Source: an uncultured Nitrososphaeraceae archaeon (GTDB lineage: Archaea; Thermoproteota; Nitrososphaeria; Nitrososphaerales; Nitrososphaeraceae). Taken from it: a stretch of DNA of 64,000 nucleotides. The translations under genes were made by a program, and so were the position numbers. The stretch is from NCBI GenBank assembly GCA_963837175.1, contig CAWIMJ010000047.1:32001-96000 (forward strand), read 5' to 3'. Positions within the stretch are counted from its first letter, which is position 1. Every line of letters begins with the position of its first letter. Positions 34,401-45,223 of the stretch are shown here, one piece after another. The notes beneath the pieces were generated by a model, which worked only from the letters and a program-made list of their open reading frames with translations, had not been told where the DNA came from and did no database searches.

Positions 34401-35585
34401 ATGCCCATAAGAACTGATCATACAGAACAATATCAAAAGGAGATACACTCAGTTGGCAGTAGAAGTTCATACCAAACCTCTACAAGACACAATAAAATCC
34501 TTGTTTTATGTATAGATAGGGATGACGATATAGGGTGCAAGGCAGGTATGGAAACTCCAGTTATAGGAAAAGACTCATGTATAAAAGCTGGCATCAAGCT
34601 TGCAATTGAAGACCCTGAAGATTCTGATTCAAATGCTATATTCGCGGCAATTAAATCTTATGAAGAACTCTTAAGCAAAGGGTATAATTCAGAAGTTGCT
34701 TTAGCAGCGGGGAAATTTAATCGTGGAATTGAAGCTGATGAAAAGCTAGGCTTTGAGGTCCAGGACATTCTTAGTATGTACAAGGCAGATTCTGCAGTAA
34801 TTGTTTCTGACGGCGAAGATGATGAGGTTGTCATTCCAATTGTTCAGGCAATTGTGCCTATCGTATCCGTCCAGAGGGTCATTATAAAACAGAGTAGAAG
34901 CGTTGAATACTCTTATGCCATTCTGGGCAGATATATTAAAATGCTCGTCTTTGATCCTCGATACTCAAAATTTTTCTTGGGAGTTCCCGGAGCTCTGTTA
35001 GTTGCAAGCGGGCTTGCTACTCTATTAGGATTAACAAAAGAGGCAATAGCCATTCTTCTGAGCATACTTGGTAGTGCATTCATAATCCGCGCATTCGATA
35101 TAGACAAGGCTTTGGGATCACTTGGTAGACCGACTCCAAGTACTTTTATTCGAATATTCTCGATCTTTGCTGGTATTCTAATCATATTAGTCTCTGTAGC
35201 TAATGGCTTCTCCAGTATTCCAACAGAAGTACTTAAATCCGGTATGAGTACTTCAGAAATAATTTCTAATAGAATAATAGTGGGAAGTTTTGCCCATGGT
35301 ATAATTACACTGCTATGGATAGGGATTGCTACTATATTATCTGGAACTTTGCTGAGCAATTGGTTCAAAGGGAGTATAAGAATTATCTCTGATATTCTTA
35401 GATTAGTAGTCCTTACTTTGCTATATATTCCAATTTTGCAGTTTACATCTGTCTTAACTGAAGGTACAAACCCATTCACATTAATCTCCTCACTACTTGC
35501 TGGATTAGCTATTACATTGGTGGCCGCGACATTCTTGTTTCGATATTTTAAAAATAGAAAGGGAGGTGAGACTATGAAACATTGA
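34401..35585 (+). CDS. DUF373-family membrane protein
   Basis: LCIDRDDDIG, DPEDSDSN, VSDGEDDE, QSRSVE followed by TM helices. Confidence 0.85.
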   Translation: MPIRTDHTEQYQKEIHSVGSRSSYQTSTRHNKILVLCIDRDDDIGCKAGMETPVIGKDSCIKAGIKLAIEDPEDSDSNAIFAAIKSYEELLSKGYNSEVALAAGKFNRGIEADEKLGFEVQDILSMYKADSAVIVSDGEDDEVVIPIVQAIVPIVSVQRVIIKQSRSVEYSYAILGRYIKMLVFDPRYSKFFLGVPGALLVASGLATLLGLTKEAIAILLSILGSAFIIRAFDIDKALGSLGRPTPSTFIRIFSIFAGILIILVSVANGFSSIPTEVLKSGMSTSEIISNRIIVGSFAHGIITLLWIGIATILSGTLLSNWFKGSIRIISDILRLVVLTLLYIPILQFTSVLTEGTNPFTLISSLLAGLAITLVAATFLFRYFKNRKGGETMKH

Positions 35586-35658
35586 AACCGACAAGAAAGT
35601 ATTAATAAAGTTAATATAAACAATAAAATCGTCGTTAAACAGTTAAAGATGTACGTCG

Positions 35659-36471
35659 ATGGAGATACAGAATATACATAGTAGAGCTCTTGCGGAAACA
35701 ATCTTCAAACGGAGTATATTTTATAGCATCTATGAAAGACGACTTGAATCAGAAATTATAAGAAATTCTCTTCCAAATCACATTGCAATTATCCTAGACG
35801 GAAATAGAAGATGGGCAAGATACAATTTTGTTGGTTTAAAAAATGGTCATTTGATGGGTGCAGACAAGGCAGAAGAGCTTTTGAATTGGATCCATGATCT
35901 TGGAATTAGGATTACCACTCTCTATGTTTTATCAAATGAAAACTTAGAGAGAACAGGAGAAGAAGTTAACACAATATATAAATTGTTACAAATCAAATTA
36001 GAAAAACTATATACCGATTGTAGAATTCATAGACGACAAATGAAGATAAAGGCAATAGGAAATATTAAAATATTGCCCAAGCAACTTCAGGAAATTTTAA
36101 GCAAGTTAGAACGGGAGACTGCCAACTACAATAAGATGTTTTTGAATATAGCTATTGCATACGGAGGACAGAAAGAACTTGTTGATGCAATAAAAAAAAT
36201 TGCTATGATGGCAAAATCTGGCAAAATAGATGTCGATGATATAGATGAAACTATAATTGAATCCTGTTTGTATACATCACATTTGCCTCAGCCAGAACCC
36301 GATTTAATACTAAGAACTTCTGGTGAAAAGCGTCTTAGTGGGTTTCTAATATGGCAAAGTGCATATAGTGAATTAGTGTTCATGGATGTATTTTGGCCTG
36401 AATTTCGTAAAATTGATCTTATGCGAGCTATCAGGACTTATCAACGTCGAATAAGGCGATTTGGCAAATGA
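35659..36471 (+). CDS. uppS: cis-prenyltransferase (polyprenyl diphosphate synthase)
   Basis: HIAIILDGNRRWA, AYGG, PDLILRTSGEKRLSGFLIWQSAYSE, RRFG. Confidence 0.95.
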   Translation: MEIQNIHSRALAETIFKRSIFYSIYERRLESEIIRNSLPNHIAIILDGNRRWARYNFVGLKNGHLMGADKAEELLNWIHDLGIRITTLYVLSNENLERTGEEVNTIYKLLQIKLEKLYTDCRIHRRQMKIKAIGNIKILPKQLQEILSKLERETANYNKMFLNIAIAYGGQKELVDAIKKIAMMAKSGKIDVDDIDETIIESCLYTSHLPQPEPDLILRTSGEKRLSGFLIWQSAYSELVFMDVFWPEFRKIDLMRAIRTYQRRIRRFGK

Positions 36472-36541
36472 TTTATTGTTATTGTTATTGTAATTCGGGA
36501 TCCTTTTTATTTACATAACGAAGGATAAGGAAGTATAGAAT

Positions 36542-36736
36542 ATGGCTGAGCATGGGGATTATAATGAGAATTTACGCAAATGGTATTGCAGTTATTGGTT
36601 AACAGCAAAAGAATGGGAAGATATTCACGATTACGTACCTTCCTCTTTTTTGGACGCGACTACTGACAAAAATGATTATGATGATCATCCTCAGGATGGT
36701 CTCCGAGAATCACACAAGGAGAACAGGAATAATTAA
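36542..36736 (+). CDS. Small acidic hypothetical protein
   Basis: ATG ORF downstream of a TATA-like box, with WYCSYW motif. Confidence 0.55.
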   Translation: MAEHGDYNENLRKWYCSYWLTAKEWEDIHDYVPSSFLDATTDKNDYDDHPQDGLRESHKENRNN

Positions 36737-36774
36737 TAGAAGTTGATACTAACAATTCTAACAAGTCAAAAGGG

Positions 36775-37233
36775 TTGGTACATAAACTATTGAACGTCAA
36801 AAGACTTTCAAGAGAACGCTCAGCGGGGGCAGTATTATTTTCTTTGGATAATACAGTTGGCAAAATAGAGTATTTATTATTAAATTATACAGCCGGTCAT
36901 TGGGATTTTCCAAAGGGTAATATAGAAACAGGAGAGAATGAAATACATACAGCGCGTCGAGAAATACAAGAAGAGACCGGAATTGACGATGTTGAATTCT
37001 TCAAAGATTTTAAGAACAAAATACAATACTATTACAGACGTGATGAAAGATTAATTCAAAAAGAAGTTATTTATTTTATAGCAAGAACAAACACAAAGGA
37101 GGTCAAATTATCACATGAACATAATGGTTATTCCTGGGGAGCATACGAGAAGACTTTATCTTTACTAACTTATAAAAACGCAAAAAAAATTCTTATTGAG
37201 GCAAACTTATTTTTAGAAAAAAATTCTCTATGA
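36775..37233 (+). CDS. NUDIX hydrolase (Ap4A hydrolase-like)
   Basis: SAGAV, HWDFPKG..E.GE.....ARREIQEETG, LSHEH. Confidence 0.9.
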   Translation: MVHKLLNVKRLSRERSAGAVLFSLDNTVGKIEYLLLNYTAGHWDFPKGNIETGENEIHTARREIQEETGIDDVEFFKDFKNKIQYYYRRDERLIQKEVIYFIARTNTKEVKLSHEHNGYSWGAYEKTLSLLTYKNAKKILIEANLFLEKNSL

Positions 37234-37236
37234 TGT

Positions 37237-38007
37237 CTACGTGATAATAGAAAGTTCCTGTTTTATGTTTATAAGAACTTGTAAAGGATCTTTGGATTCA
37301 ATTATAGATCGACCTATAATAAAAAAATTGGTACCATTTTTAGGAGCATTTGCTAAATCGCCTCCTTGTTTACCTAATCCCGGTGAATAGATTGGTAATC
37401 TCTTGTAACTAGATAGTTCCTTTAGAATTTTATCCCGTGTGGCGCCAACTATAATTCCGTCTACATGAGACTTGGAGGCATAATCAAAAAATATCTTGTA
37501 CATCTGAGTGATTTTGTGACTAGCAGAAACATGTTTTTTAGCAATCACATTAATACCAAATCCTTCTTCTGCTCCTGGATGACTCATATAGACTAAAGCA
37601 ATAATTCCAAATTTAATTTTGTGAGCCAGTTTTGAAGCAAGTCTCAACTCATTATTTCCCATAAATGGATTTACTATCACAGCATCAAATTTCATCATAG
37701 ATAGATATTCTATGGCGATCTCATTTGTGCTTTCGATATCATTTAACTTTAAATCTGCAATCGATACTAGACCATAGTGATGGGCTAGTGTATTTATCTC
37801 GCTTATTTCAGACAAAGAAAGAGGTAAAATAAGATGAAAATTCATTTTAACTGCGCAGATATGATGCTGCAAAAGACTAATTATAGATTTAATAAAATTT
37901 TTTAGATCTTTTCTTGGAGCAACATCAAGAGCTAAAATGATATGGCTTTTTTTCCTTTTCGAACTATTATTGATTCTCTGACGATATGAATTAGATTTAT
38001 TCGTTAA
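37237..38007 (-). CDS. pyrF: Orotidine 5'-phosphate decarboxylase (start uncertain)
   Basis: DLKLNDIEST, VGAT, SPGLG.QGG, IIGRSI; the N-terminal IILALD strand lies in frame upstream of the track start at 37872. Confidence 0.9.
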   Translation of the reverse strand, partial: LTNKSNSYRQRINNSSKRKKSHIILALDVAPRKDLKNFIKSIISLLQHHICAVKMNFHLILPLSLSEISEINTLAHHYGLVSIADLKLNDIESTNEIAIEYLSMMKFDAVIVNPFMGNNELRLASKLAHKIKFGIIALVYMSHPGAEEGFGINVIAKKHVSASHKITQMYKIFFDYASKSHVDGIIVGATRDKILKELSSYKRLPIYSPGLGKQGGDLANAPKNGTNFFIIGRSIIESKDPLQVLINIKQELSIIT

Positions 38008-38710
38008 TTCCCACCAGCGGATGAGTATGAGCTAATTTAATCAATTTAAGATAGATATATCCATGCTCATCGCACCTCGCAGAAAAAGTTGGTTGTTCTA
38101 TTTTCTGGCTAGAATATCTTAAAAATGGATCTTTTGGTTCTTCATTGAGAATAACATAGTAAAAGTAAGATTTAGTTTCAGACTCATTTAAACTCATCGT
38201 AGCTCCTATTACGAGCCTTGATTTGCTCTCATTATCACCAGGGTCAGTATTGTTACTGCCTTTGAAAAGAAACAAGGGTAATGGTGGTTCGTCATATATC
38301 GTTTTATAAGCAGCAACTTTTGCAAGACTAGCAAGGTCCTTTAGTCTTATTGCTAAATAGCCTGATTTTTTTTGCACACGTGCTATTTTTGCTAGAGCAG
38401 ACGGAAATTTGTCAATATTTATAATTGGAGAATAAAAAAAAGAAGGACTGACAACGCAGTCTACCACCATAACTTCTTCGATTCCTCCAATAATTCGATA
38501 AGCTAGATATTGTCCTTCTCTATGTTGTGGACTATTTACAAAATAAATTACTGGCCTACCATCTATGAAATCAGTCTGAACCGCAAAAATATACTCATTA
38601 TTCATTATCAAAGAGAAAGCTGGTAATGGAGCGCGTTCTAGCGCACATACTAGTCTGCCGAAATCTTTCATATCGGATAACTCTACATAATAGGGATGTT
38701 TCAGTCGCAA
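37997..38710 (-). CDS. Conserved hypothetical protein
   Basis: 237-aa ORF overlapping the pyrF 5' end; two similar L.DLA/DFGRL...PLP.F halves. Confidence 0.75.
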   Translation of the reverse strand: MRLKHPYYVELSDMKDFGRLVCALERAPLPAFSLIMNNEYIFAVQTDFIDGRPVIYFVNSPQHREGQYLAYRIIGGIEEVMVVDCVVSPSFFYSPIINIDKFPSALAKIARVQKKSGYLAIRLKDLASLAKVAAYKTIYDEPPLPLFLFKGSNNTDPGDNESKSRLVIGATMSLNESETKSYFYYVILNEEPKDPFLRYSSQKIEQPTFSARCDEHGYIYLKLIKLAHTHPLVGINE

Positions 38711-39091
38711 CTTATATGATTATCCACTAAATGAATACTATTAAAGTCCTCCGCAAGGATCAAGATTAATAATTATGTATTTTGAAAAATTCAAACAATA
38801 TAAACACATAAGATAAACACATAAGAGATTGAATGACTTTTACACAAAAAATAAGATTTGACATTTGTTAGCTAATGCAATAATAAATCTCGACAGTTAC
38901 AATTCATGGGAAATGATATGTCTCTGTTATTATAGCGTACTTATGTCAGTATTGAATATGCCATCTTGGTTTTGAAATTGACTTGCAATAATAATGATGA
39001 TAATAATAACGATGATATTCAACCACTATCAAAGCCAAAGAAAAGCAAGCTCAAAGACACAATAAGAATGAATCTAATAATTAAACGCCAA

Positions 39092-39122
39092 GATAATAAC
39101 AATAATAACAATAATAATAATC
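39092..39122 (+). repeat. (AAT/AAC)n microsatellite
   Basis: gataataacaataataacaataataataat. Confidence 0.8.
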
Positions 39123-39280
39123 ATGCAAACAGAACATTGAAATTTGTTCGGAAACATTTGAATTTTCAAAATAAAAAACCGATAGTTAAGGAATTGATAT
39201 TAAACAGAGACATTATAAAAAAATTGGTTGCAAAAAAATTACCAATAGCAAAATATTCACATTAATTTAGACATCCTCTT

Positions 39281-40291
39281 TCAATGCTCTGTACGCCGAT
39301 CTATTATATCGTTCAATTCGGCGCCTGTTCCTATAAATACAACCTTTATTCCAGTCTCGGACTCTATATTTTGAATAAATTTTCTCGCTTCGTCTGACAA
39401 CTTGTTAAATTCTTTTATCCCACCAGTTTCTGGGAAAATAACATCAAGCTTAGTAACCGCTAGCTGTGTCGCACTATTCAATCTTATTGCTTTCTTTGCT
39501 AAATTCATATCAAATGGTGATGCTCTTCTCTCTCTGCCTGTTACGCTTCCATATTCGAGCCAGTTCCTCTTCTTTGCTTCCTCTCGACTAACCTCATTTT
39601 GCAGTGGCCCACCTCCAACTCGTGTGACATAGGATTTGAAAACCACAAGTACTTCATCTATCTTTTTTGGGCCAATACCCACATCTGAACATATTCCTGA
39701 AGCAGTCACGTCCTTTGAGGTTACATAGGGATATTCACCATAATATAGAGATAGAAAAGTACCTTGGGTACCTTCAACAATCACATTTTCCTTATTGTCC
39801 AAGGCATAGTTAACAGAGGCGCTAACATCCTCAAGATATAAAGATAACTCATTAATATCTCGAGCAAGTCTTAGTAGTCGATAGGCACGATCGGCATTTG
39901 CAGGGCCTGTTCCGCTTCCTGTAGTACCTACAACTGATTTAAGATGATCTTGTACACTATCTTTTTCTATGTGTTTTTGATCAATTATTCCGCATTGTGC
40001 ATCAATAAAAGTCCTATCATTTGCATTGAATATTTCTATTTCTTTTAGCAATATCTCAGGATTAATCAAAACGCCCGGACCTATCAACAATCGCGTCGAG
40101 GGGTTCATTGCGGCGCTAGGCAACATTCTAACTTTGTATATTTTACCTTCATGAATGAATGTATGTCCTGCGTTAGGACCGACCCCTCCTCTAACAGCAA
40201 TTGAATAGTTGTCTTTTTTGGCAAGGTATGCTATTATTTTTCCTTTGCCTTCATCGCCATAGAATCCTCCAACTGTAATAGTAGATGGCAT
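39281..40291 (-). CDS. purA: Adenylosuccinate synthetase (short archaeal form)
   Basis: GDEGKGK, GPNAGHT, EGTQG, YPYVTS, TRVGGGP, TGRERR, TKLD. Confidence 0.96.
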   Translation of the reverse strand: MPSTITVGGFYGDEGKGKIIAYLAKKDNYSIAVRGGVGPNAGHTFIHEGKIYKVRMLPSAAMNPSTRLLIGPGVLINPEILLKEIEIFNANDRTFIDAQCGIIDQKHIEKDSVQDHLKSVVGTTGSGTGPANADRAYRLLRLARDINELSLYLEDVSASVNYALDNKENVIVEGTQGTFLSLYYGEYPYVTSKDVTASGICSDVGIGPKKIDEVLVVFKSYVTRVGGGPLQNEVSREEAKKRNWLEYGSVTGRERRASPFDMNLAKKAIRLNSATQLAVTKLDVIFPETGGIKEFNKLSDEARKFIQNIESETGIKVVFIGTGAELNDIIDRRTEH

Positions 40292-40395
40292 ATAAAATCG
40301 GATCTAAGGCGTGGATATTTAATCCTAGTTTTGCTAGGTACAAAGTCTGATCTTTGTTGTCTAAGCTTTTATAACGAATTATAGAGTGTAAATTC

Positions 40396-40857
40396 ATGTC
40401 AGTCGATCAAAAAGCTTCTGCTGATATTCTGCAGATCGTGGCGAACCTTCCAGATTTCTTGAGAAAACCAATCATAGTAAAAAAACTAGACGAATTCTTT
40501 TCGCTAGACGATCCTGGCAAGAACGAAACAATATCTATGATACTAAGAGGAAGCTCTTCAATCGAATCAAAAAAGTTATCTCCATTGATAAAAGCATGGC
40601 TACAGATTTTAACCGAATTAGAGAGTAATAAAATAACCGAACTATTTAGAATCTATTGTGAAGTTTTGATCGTTAATCCTACTTTCTTTGAGAAATTAAA
40701 CATTCAACCTTTAGTTGATGCCTACTTAAAACTTGAAGACAAGAATAAGAAGAAATTATCTGATTGCTTCAAAGAAGTAATTTTCTTATTTCCCAATAGG
40801 ACAGAATTTTTTAAAGGAATTCCAGAATCGATATTTGAACAGCTCAAACTTCTATAG
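40396..40857 (+). CDS. Hypothetical helical protein
   Basis: 153-aa ATG ORF, LPDFLRKPI motif. Confidence 0.7.
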   Translation: MSVDQKASADILQIVANLPDFLRKPIIVKKLDEFFSLDDPGKNETISMILRGSSSIESKKLSPLIKAWLQILTELESNKITELFRIYCEVLIVNPTFFEKLNIQPLVDAYLKLEDKNKKKLSDCFKEVIFLFPNRTEFFKGIPESIFEQLKLL

Positions 40858-40863
40858 ATTTGT

Positions 40864-41124
40864 CTAAGGCTCAGGTTTTTTGTCAGGGTTCTTTTGCAAC
40901 TCACCTTCTCCTTTTTCTAGTCCAAAGAAAACCTTTTCATATTTTCTTAGAAGTTTTCTATGTTCTGGTAAAGACATATCTAATCTCATTTCGTTCATAA
41001 CCATTACTGCATGTGTTGTCCACTCTTTCCAACAATCGGCACACGAAGGATATTTTTCAGAGGCCGGATCATCAATAGTCTTTTCATCGAATTCCTTGCC
41101 GCATTTTAGACAGCTTTTTGTCAT
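40864..41124 (-). CDS. YggX-like Fe(II)-trafficking / Fe-S protection protein
   Basis: CADCWKEW...MNEMRLDMS...RKLL...FF pattern plus N-terminal CxxC. Confidence 0.75.
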   Translation of the reverse strand: MTKSCLKCGKEFDEKTIDDPASEKYPSCADCWKEWTTHAVMVMNEMRLDMSLPEHRKLLRKYEKVFFGLEKGEGELQKNPDKKPEP

Positions 41125-42067
41125 CTGAGAATTATATGCAAAGCTGTCGTTATTTTATTCTTTATTCTTTGTACAGGAGGATAATAATAAGATTTGTGAT
41201 ATATTTTAGAATTATATTAGTCTCCTCTTTCTTTCATTCCCTCTGTCTCTTTCTTTCTTGGTATCATCAGAGCGAATGACAATGTTGTGTATAATATTTT
41301 AATCAAATGTTTATATGAGTTGGTCAATAGATATAGCAGATATTAAATTAAGAAGATCGATATAGTAATTTGATTTTTAATAATCAATTGTAATACTGAG
41401 CTCGAAGGAGTTCTATCTATGTATAGTGCTTTAAGAGTATTATATGGACTTCATGGTTTGTGCAAGCATACAGTACATTACCTGAATTTAGCAGGCATAG
41501 ACATTGTGTTCGTGTAGTTCATAAGACATTCTATCTTTAGTTTCGTGTGTATAAATTGATGTAAATGAATTGAATTAGTCAACATGACAATAGATTGATA
41601 ATATATTTCAACATTTTAGAAAAGGATACTATATTATAGTAAGAAGGCTAAAGATGAAGTAGAGCTTCTCTTAAATTCACTAATAATATCATCTTTTTAA
41701 TAAGCCTTTTAGATGAGTAATTAAAAAAGATAGCTTAACATTGGTGAGGCTTTAACATAATGACCAATTTGCCAATCTATTTCGATTGTTCAGAAAGAGA
41801 AAATGAGAGATTTGTCAATAGCTTGTAATAATTAAATCAATAAAATCGTGTTTGTCGGAGGTTTGATGTTAAGAATTATTCAAGAGAATATAAGGTGTCA
41901 AAGTAAGAAAATGAATGAACTATCTCTGAAACACTTAGTAATAAAAAATAATAAAAAAGCTAATTACACTGAAATAATTTGGTTGTTATCAAGTTTAAAG
42001 TAACTTTGTTATTTCAAAATAATGACTAGTAAACAAACAAAAAAAGAGGAGTGATTATGGTTCTTGA

Positions 42068-43246
42068 TTATCCTGTTGCATTACCTGTTGCTGTAGTAGC
42101 CATTGTTGTATCATTATTCATTACTGAAGCTGTTTGATTGCCTGTCATCATTGGTTGTACCGCTGCCAATGTGGAATTACTGGCGACTACACTCGAACTA
42201 CCTTTAGGGGCTACTGCTGTGCCTGGTGGTTGGTCATTTACAGTCGAGGTATTGTTAGCAATCACGGCAAGTGCAGCACCCTTATATACATCGTTCATAG
42301 CATGGTCAACGCCGACATAAACTCCTTCCTCTGGAAATGTTGTTTCAATAACGGAACCTGAGCCTGCTGGAATCCACCATGTTTCGTCATTTAGCAATAC
42401 AGTACCTAGTCTGTTCAAGACAGAGCCGTCGCGTACTGCATCAAGCATACCAGAGATGAAATGGAATGCTACGCCGTCATTAGGACCATAGTCTAAGACA
42501 TACCATCTAGTTAATTCACCTGGCTTGACCTTGAAGGGTTGGGCATTAGGATTGAGAACAACCTTTGCTTGTTCACCTATGGAAGGTACATATTTGTGAG
42601 CCATACCATTAGTCAGAACAAGGGTTGCATTGCCATTAAGGAATTTTTGCAAATCAAATGACCCTGCTTTAGAATTGTCGGCAGTATCACTATAGATTTC
42701 ACCAAATGCCAGATAGAACTCTTTTGCTGGTTTTTCATTCTGAGGATGCACTACAATTCCGCCAGCCATGCCATTTGCAATGTGTTCCCATACACCAAAC
42801 AATGCATCAGCACCGCAATGATAGAAGAAGAAGCCTGGAGTATTAGCATGTAATGTCCATGTCTTTGATTCACCTGGATTTACATTCCCAGATAGCACTT
42901 GGCTCGGACCAATGGCTGCATGAAAGTCCATACTATGTATTACTTTACCATCATTTCTTACTGTTACTTCTAATGCATCACCCTGATCAACTGCAATTAC
43001 TGGACCTGGAATTGTGCCATTCCAGACCATTGCGTTATATGTGACTCCGCCTGGATGAAGAGCATTATCAGGAGCCACTTGGACTACTTTTTCACTTGCA
43101 ACTAAAAGAACTTTTTTTGTAACACCCGTTGGTTGTGGTTGCACTTGTGCTGATGCGCTTGGGATGCCTCCTGAGTTAAAAGGAGCTAAAACGAATCCTG
43201 CTATCAGAACAGCCGCGATTATACCTGTGAGAATGACGTTGTTCAT
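42068..43246 (-). CDS. nirK: Copper-containing nitrite reductase (AOA NirK-type two-domain multicopper protein), secreted
   Basis: Signal peptide; NGTIPGP, HSMDFH, YHC, EHIANGM, FHFISG, DHAM copper ligands. Confidence 0.8.
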   Translation of the reverse strand: MNNVILTGIIAAVLIAGFVLAPFNSGGIPSASAQVQPQPTGVTKKVLLVASEKVVQVAPDNALHPGGVTYNAMVWNGTIPGPVIAVDQGDALEVTVRNDGKVIHSMDFHAAIGPSQVLSGNVNPGESKTWTLHANTPGFFFYHCGADALFGVWEHIANGMAGGIVVHPQNEKPAKEFYLAFGEIYSDTADNSKAGSFDLQKFLNGNATLVLTNGMAHKYVPSIGEQAKVVLNPNAQPFKVKPGELTRWYVLDYGPNDGVAFHFISGMLDAVRDGSVLNRLGTVLLNDETWWIPAGSGSVIETTFPEEGVYVGVDHAMNDVYKGAALAVIANNTSTVNDQPPGTAVAPKGSSSVVASNSTLAAVQPMMTGNQTASVMNNDTTMATTATGNATG

Positions 43247-43433
43247 TGAGGCCAGGTTATTCTATACCCTATTAAAACCTAACCTTTAAAACATAAGATA
43301 TCGAGCATATATATAAAATAGAGACTTCATCCAATATGCTGGACAATAAGAAGGATCATTGTAACTTATTTTTTGGCACATTATAATAGCAACTATCTTT
43401 TAGTACCAGTATTTTGTATATTATTAAAGTACT

Positions 43434-43870
43434 TGAGACTGTTTCAAAAGAAAAAAAGTCTATTTTGTAATATTTGTAAGAAGGAGCTTAAACATAAATA
43501 TAAACCCGCCAAGGAATGGAACATGGAAGGTTTTTTATGTGCGGATTGTCATATAGATAAAACAAAGGAATTTATTGCAAAACAGCAACAATATGAAGAA
43601 ATCCCGGACAGCTGTATAATATGTAAAAAGGAACTTAAATCAGAAAAAAAGAAACCTAGATGGCAGTGGAATATGGATTCAGGAAGTTTCTTGTGTAGTG
43701 ATTGTTTTGAGGAGAAAGAATTGAGTTATGAAAAAAGACAAAATTTTTGTTCTGTCTGTAGTAAAAAAATGGGATTTATACGTTATAATCCTAAACCCAA
43801 ATGGAATATAGACGGACAATTATGCAAAAATTGTTGGGATAGGAAAAACCAAAAGGAGACTCAACAATAA
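43434..43870 (+). CDS. Protein with three tandem CxxC...W...CxxC zinc-binding repeats
   Basis: Repeated C..C.K.(L/M)....P...WN(M/I).G..LC..C modules; TTG near 43434 is the likely start. Confidence 0.75.
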
Positions 43871-43872
43871 GT

Positions 43873-44097
43873 TTGTTTAAGAAAAATATTTGCGAAGCTT
43901 GTGGAAGGAAGTTTAGGAAGGTTGAAGAATTGATGCAACACACTCAAGTTACACACGGAAAAGCGCTTTTATATGAATGTAAGAATTGCAATAAGAGCTT
44001 TGAGGGGATGGAACAAATGCGTGATCATATTAAGAAATTCCACTCCTATAATAAAATTGTAGAACACAAAAATATAAAAAAAAGTAATAAGGATTAA
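43873..44097 (+). CDS. Double C2H2 zinc-finger protein
   Basis: CEACGRKF...LMQHTQVTH and CKNCNKSF...MRDHIKKFH. Confidence 0.85.
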   Translation: MFKKNICEACGRKFRKVEELMQHTQVTHGKALLYECKNCNKSFEGMEQMRDHIKKFHSYNKIVEHKNIKKSNKD

Positions 44098-44846
44098 ATA
44101 ATTACCTAGAGTATTTCAGAACGTCATGCAGACTTGAGTCTAGTTGGCAGTACGGAGTGATGCTATTACAATTATAAGTTCTGAATAATAGAACTCTTTT
44201 TGGATATTATCATCAAACATTATAGCTTAAATTAATGAGCAGAATCGTGAATCTCTTTCATTACGAAATGACATTCACATTTTATCCTAGAGAAACAAGT
44301 TTGGGCTGAGTTGATAATAGATCTGATAAAGAAATTTCGAATACCCTTTAATTAAAAAGTAGCTCTATAGACTGTCAATAATAACAATACTTATAAAATT
44401 AGGAAATCGACTACTTTGTTAATTATTCAATGCTGCTTTAAGCTTTCTGAGTACAAGTCATACGGGATGGCTTCACTAGGCAGGCGTCTGAACATTTCAC
44501 TAACACTATCGTCCCTATTTATTTATGATGCTGTGAAGGTATTTTCACTCATATTTTGTATTAAAATAAATTAGAATCAATAAATTCTCTAATTTGCGTT
44601 TGTATCTATTCCTCTTGCAAGTTTCCTTTTGATGTGTGATGTTGCAACGGATTTAATAAATCGATTAAATTATTTTACAGGATTAACAGAATTTGATCTT
44701 TCAGCTTATCTTTGAGAAAAAAAGAAAATGCCGCTAAGCCCTTGCACAACATAATTTTATAGGCTTGTGATAAAATTACTAATAAGACGATAATCCACAA
44801 TATTTAATAAAAACACATTATAATTCTTCATCAGGTATTTTGCATT

Positions 44847-45191
44847 ATGAAGAAAATTGAGGCCGTAATTCCACATGCTAGACTTCGAAGTGCATTTTCA
44901 GCCGTCGCCGAACTTAATCTAGGCGGTCTGACATATTATGAATCAAAGGGTAGAGGACAAATTCCAAGACCTGAAATGCAGTCTGGTAGAGGCACTTCAA
45001 CCTATAGACCAGAGTTTAATGTGAACGCCATGGTGGTAATAGTAGTTAATGATTCTATGGTGGATAAGGTTGTAGAAAAGATTGTTAATAGTACTAGTAC
45101 AGGTCTTGCTGGAGAGGGCAAAATTTTCATATCGGATGTAGACGACACAGTAGATATAGGATCAAAACAGCGCGGAGAATCTGCACTTTAA
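44847..45191 (+). CDS. P-II family nitrogen regulator (GlnB/GlnK-like)
   Basis: MKKIEAVI, KGRG T-loop, STGLAGEGKIFIS, QRGESAL. Confidence 0.93.
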   Translation: MKKIEAVIPHARLRSAFSAVAELNLGGLTYYESKGRGQIPRPEMQSGRGTSTYRPEFNVNAMVVIVVNDSMVDKVVEKIVNSTSTGLAGEGKIFISDVDDTVDIGSKQRGESAL

Positions 45192-45223
45192 TGGCATTGA
45201 ATGAACTAGAAAAGTTGTTCTTT

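Noticed and set aside
34913-35701. 262-aa minus-strand ORF
   Set aside because: Antisense shadow of the DUF373 membrane gene. The same applies to other opposite-strand ORFs inside thi4, carB, the ALDH, the S-layer gene and srp54.
38966-39265. Asn-rich 99-aa ORF
   Set aside because: Stays open largely because of AAT/GAT microsatellites; no motif, not supportable as a gene.
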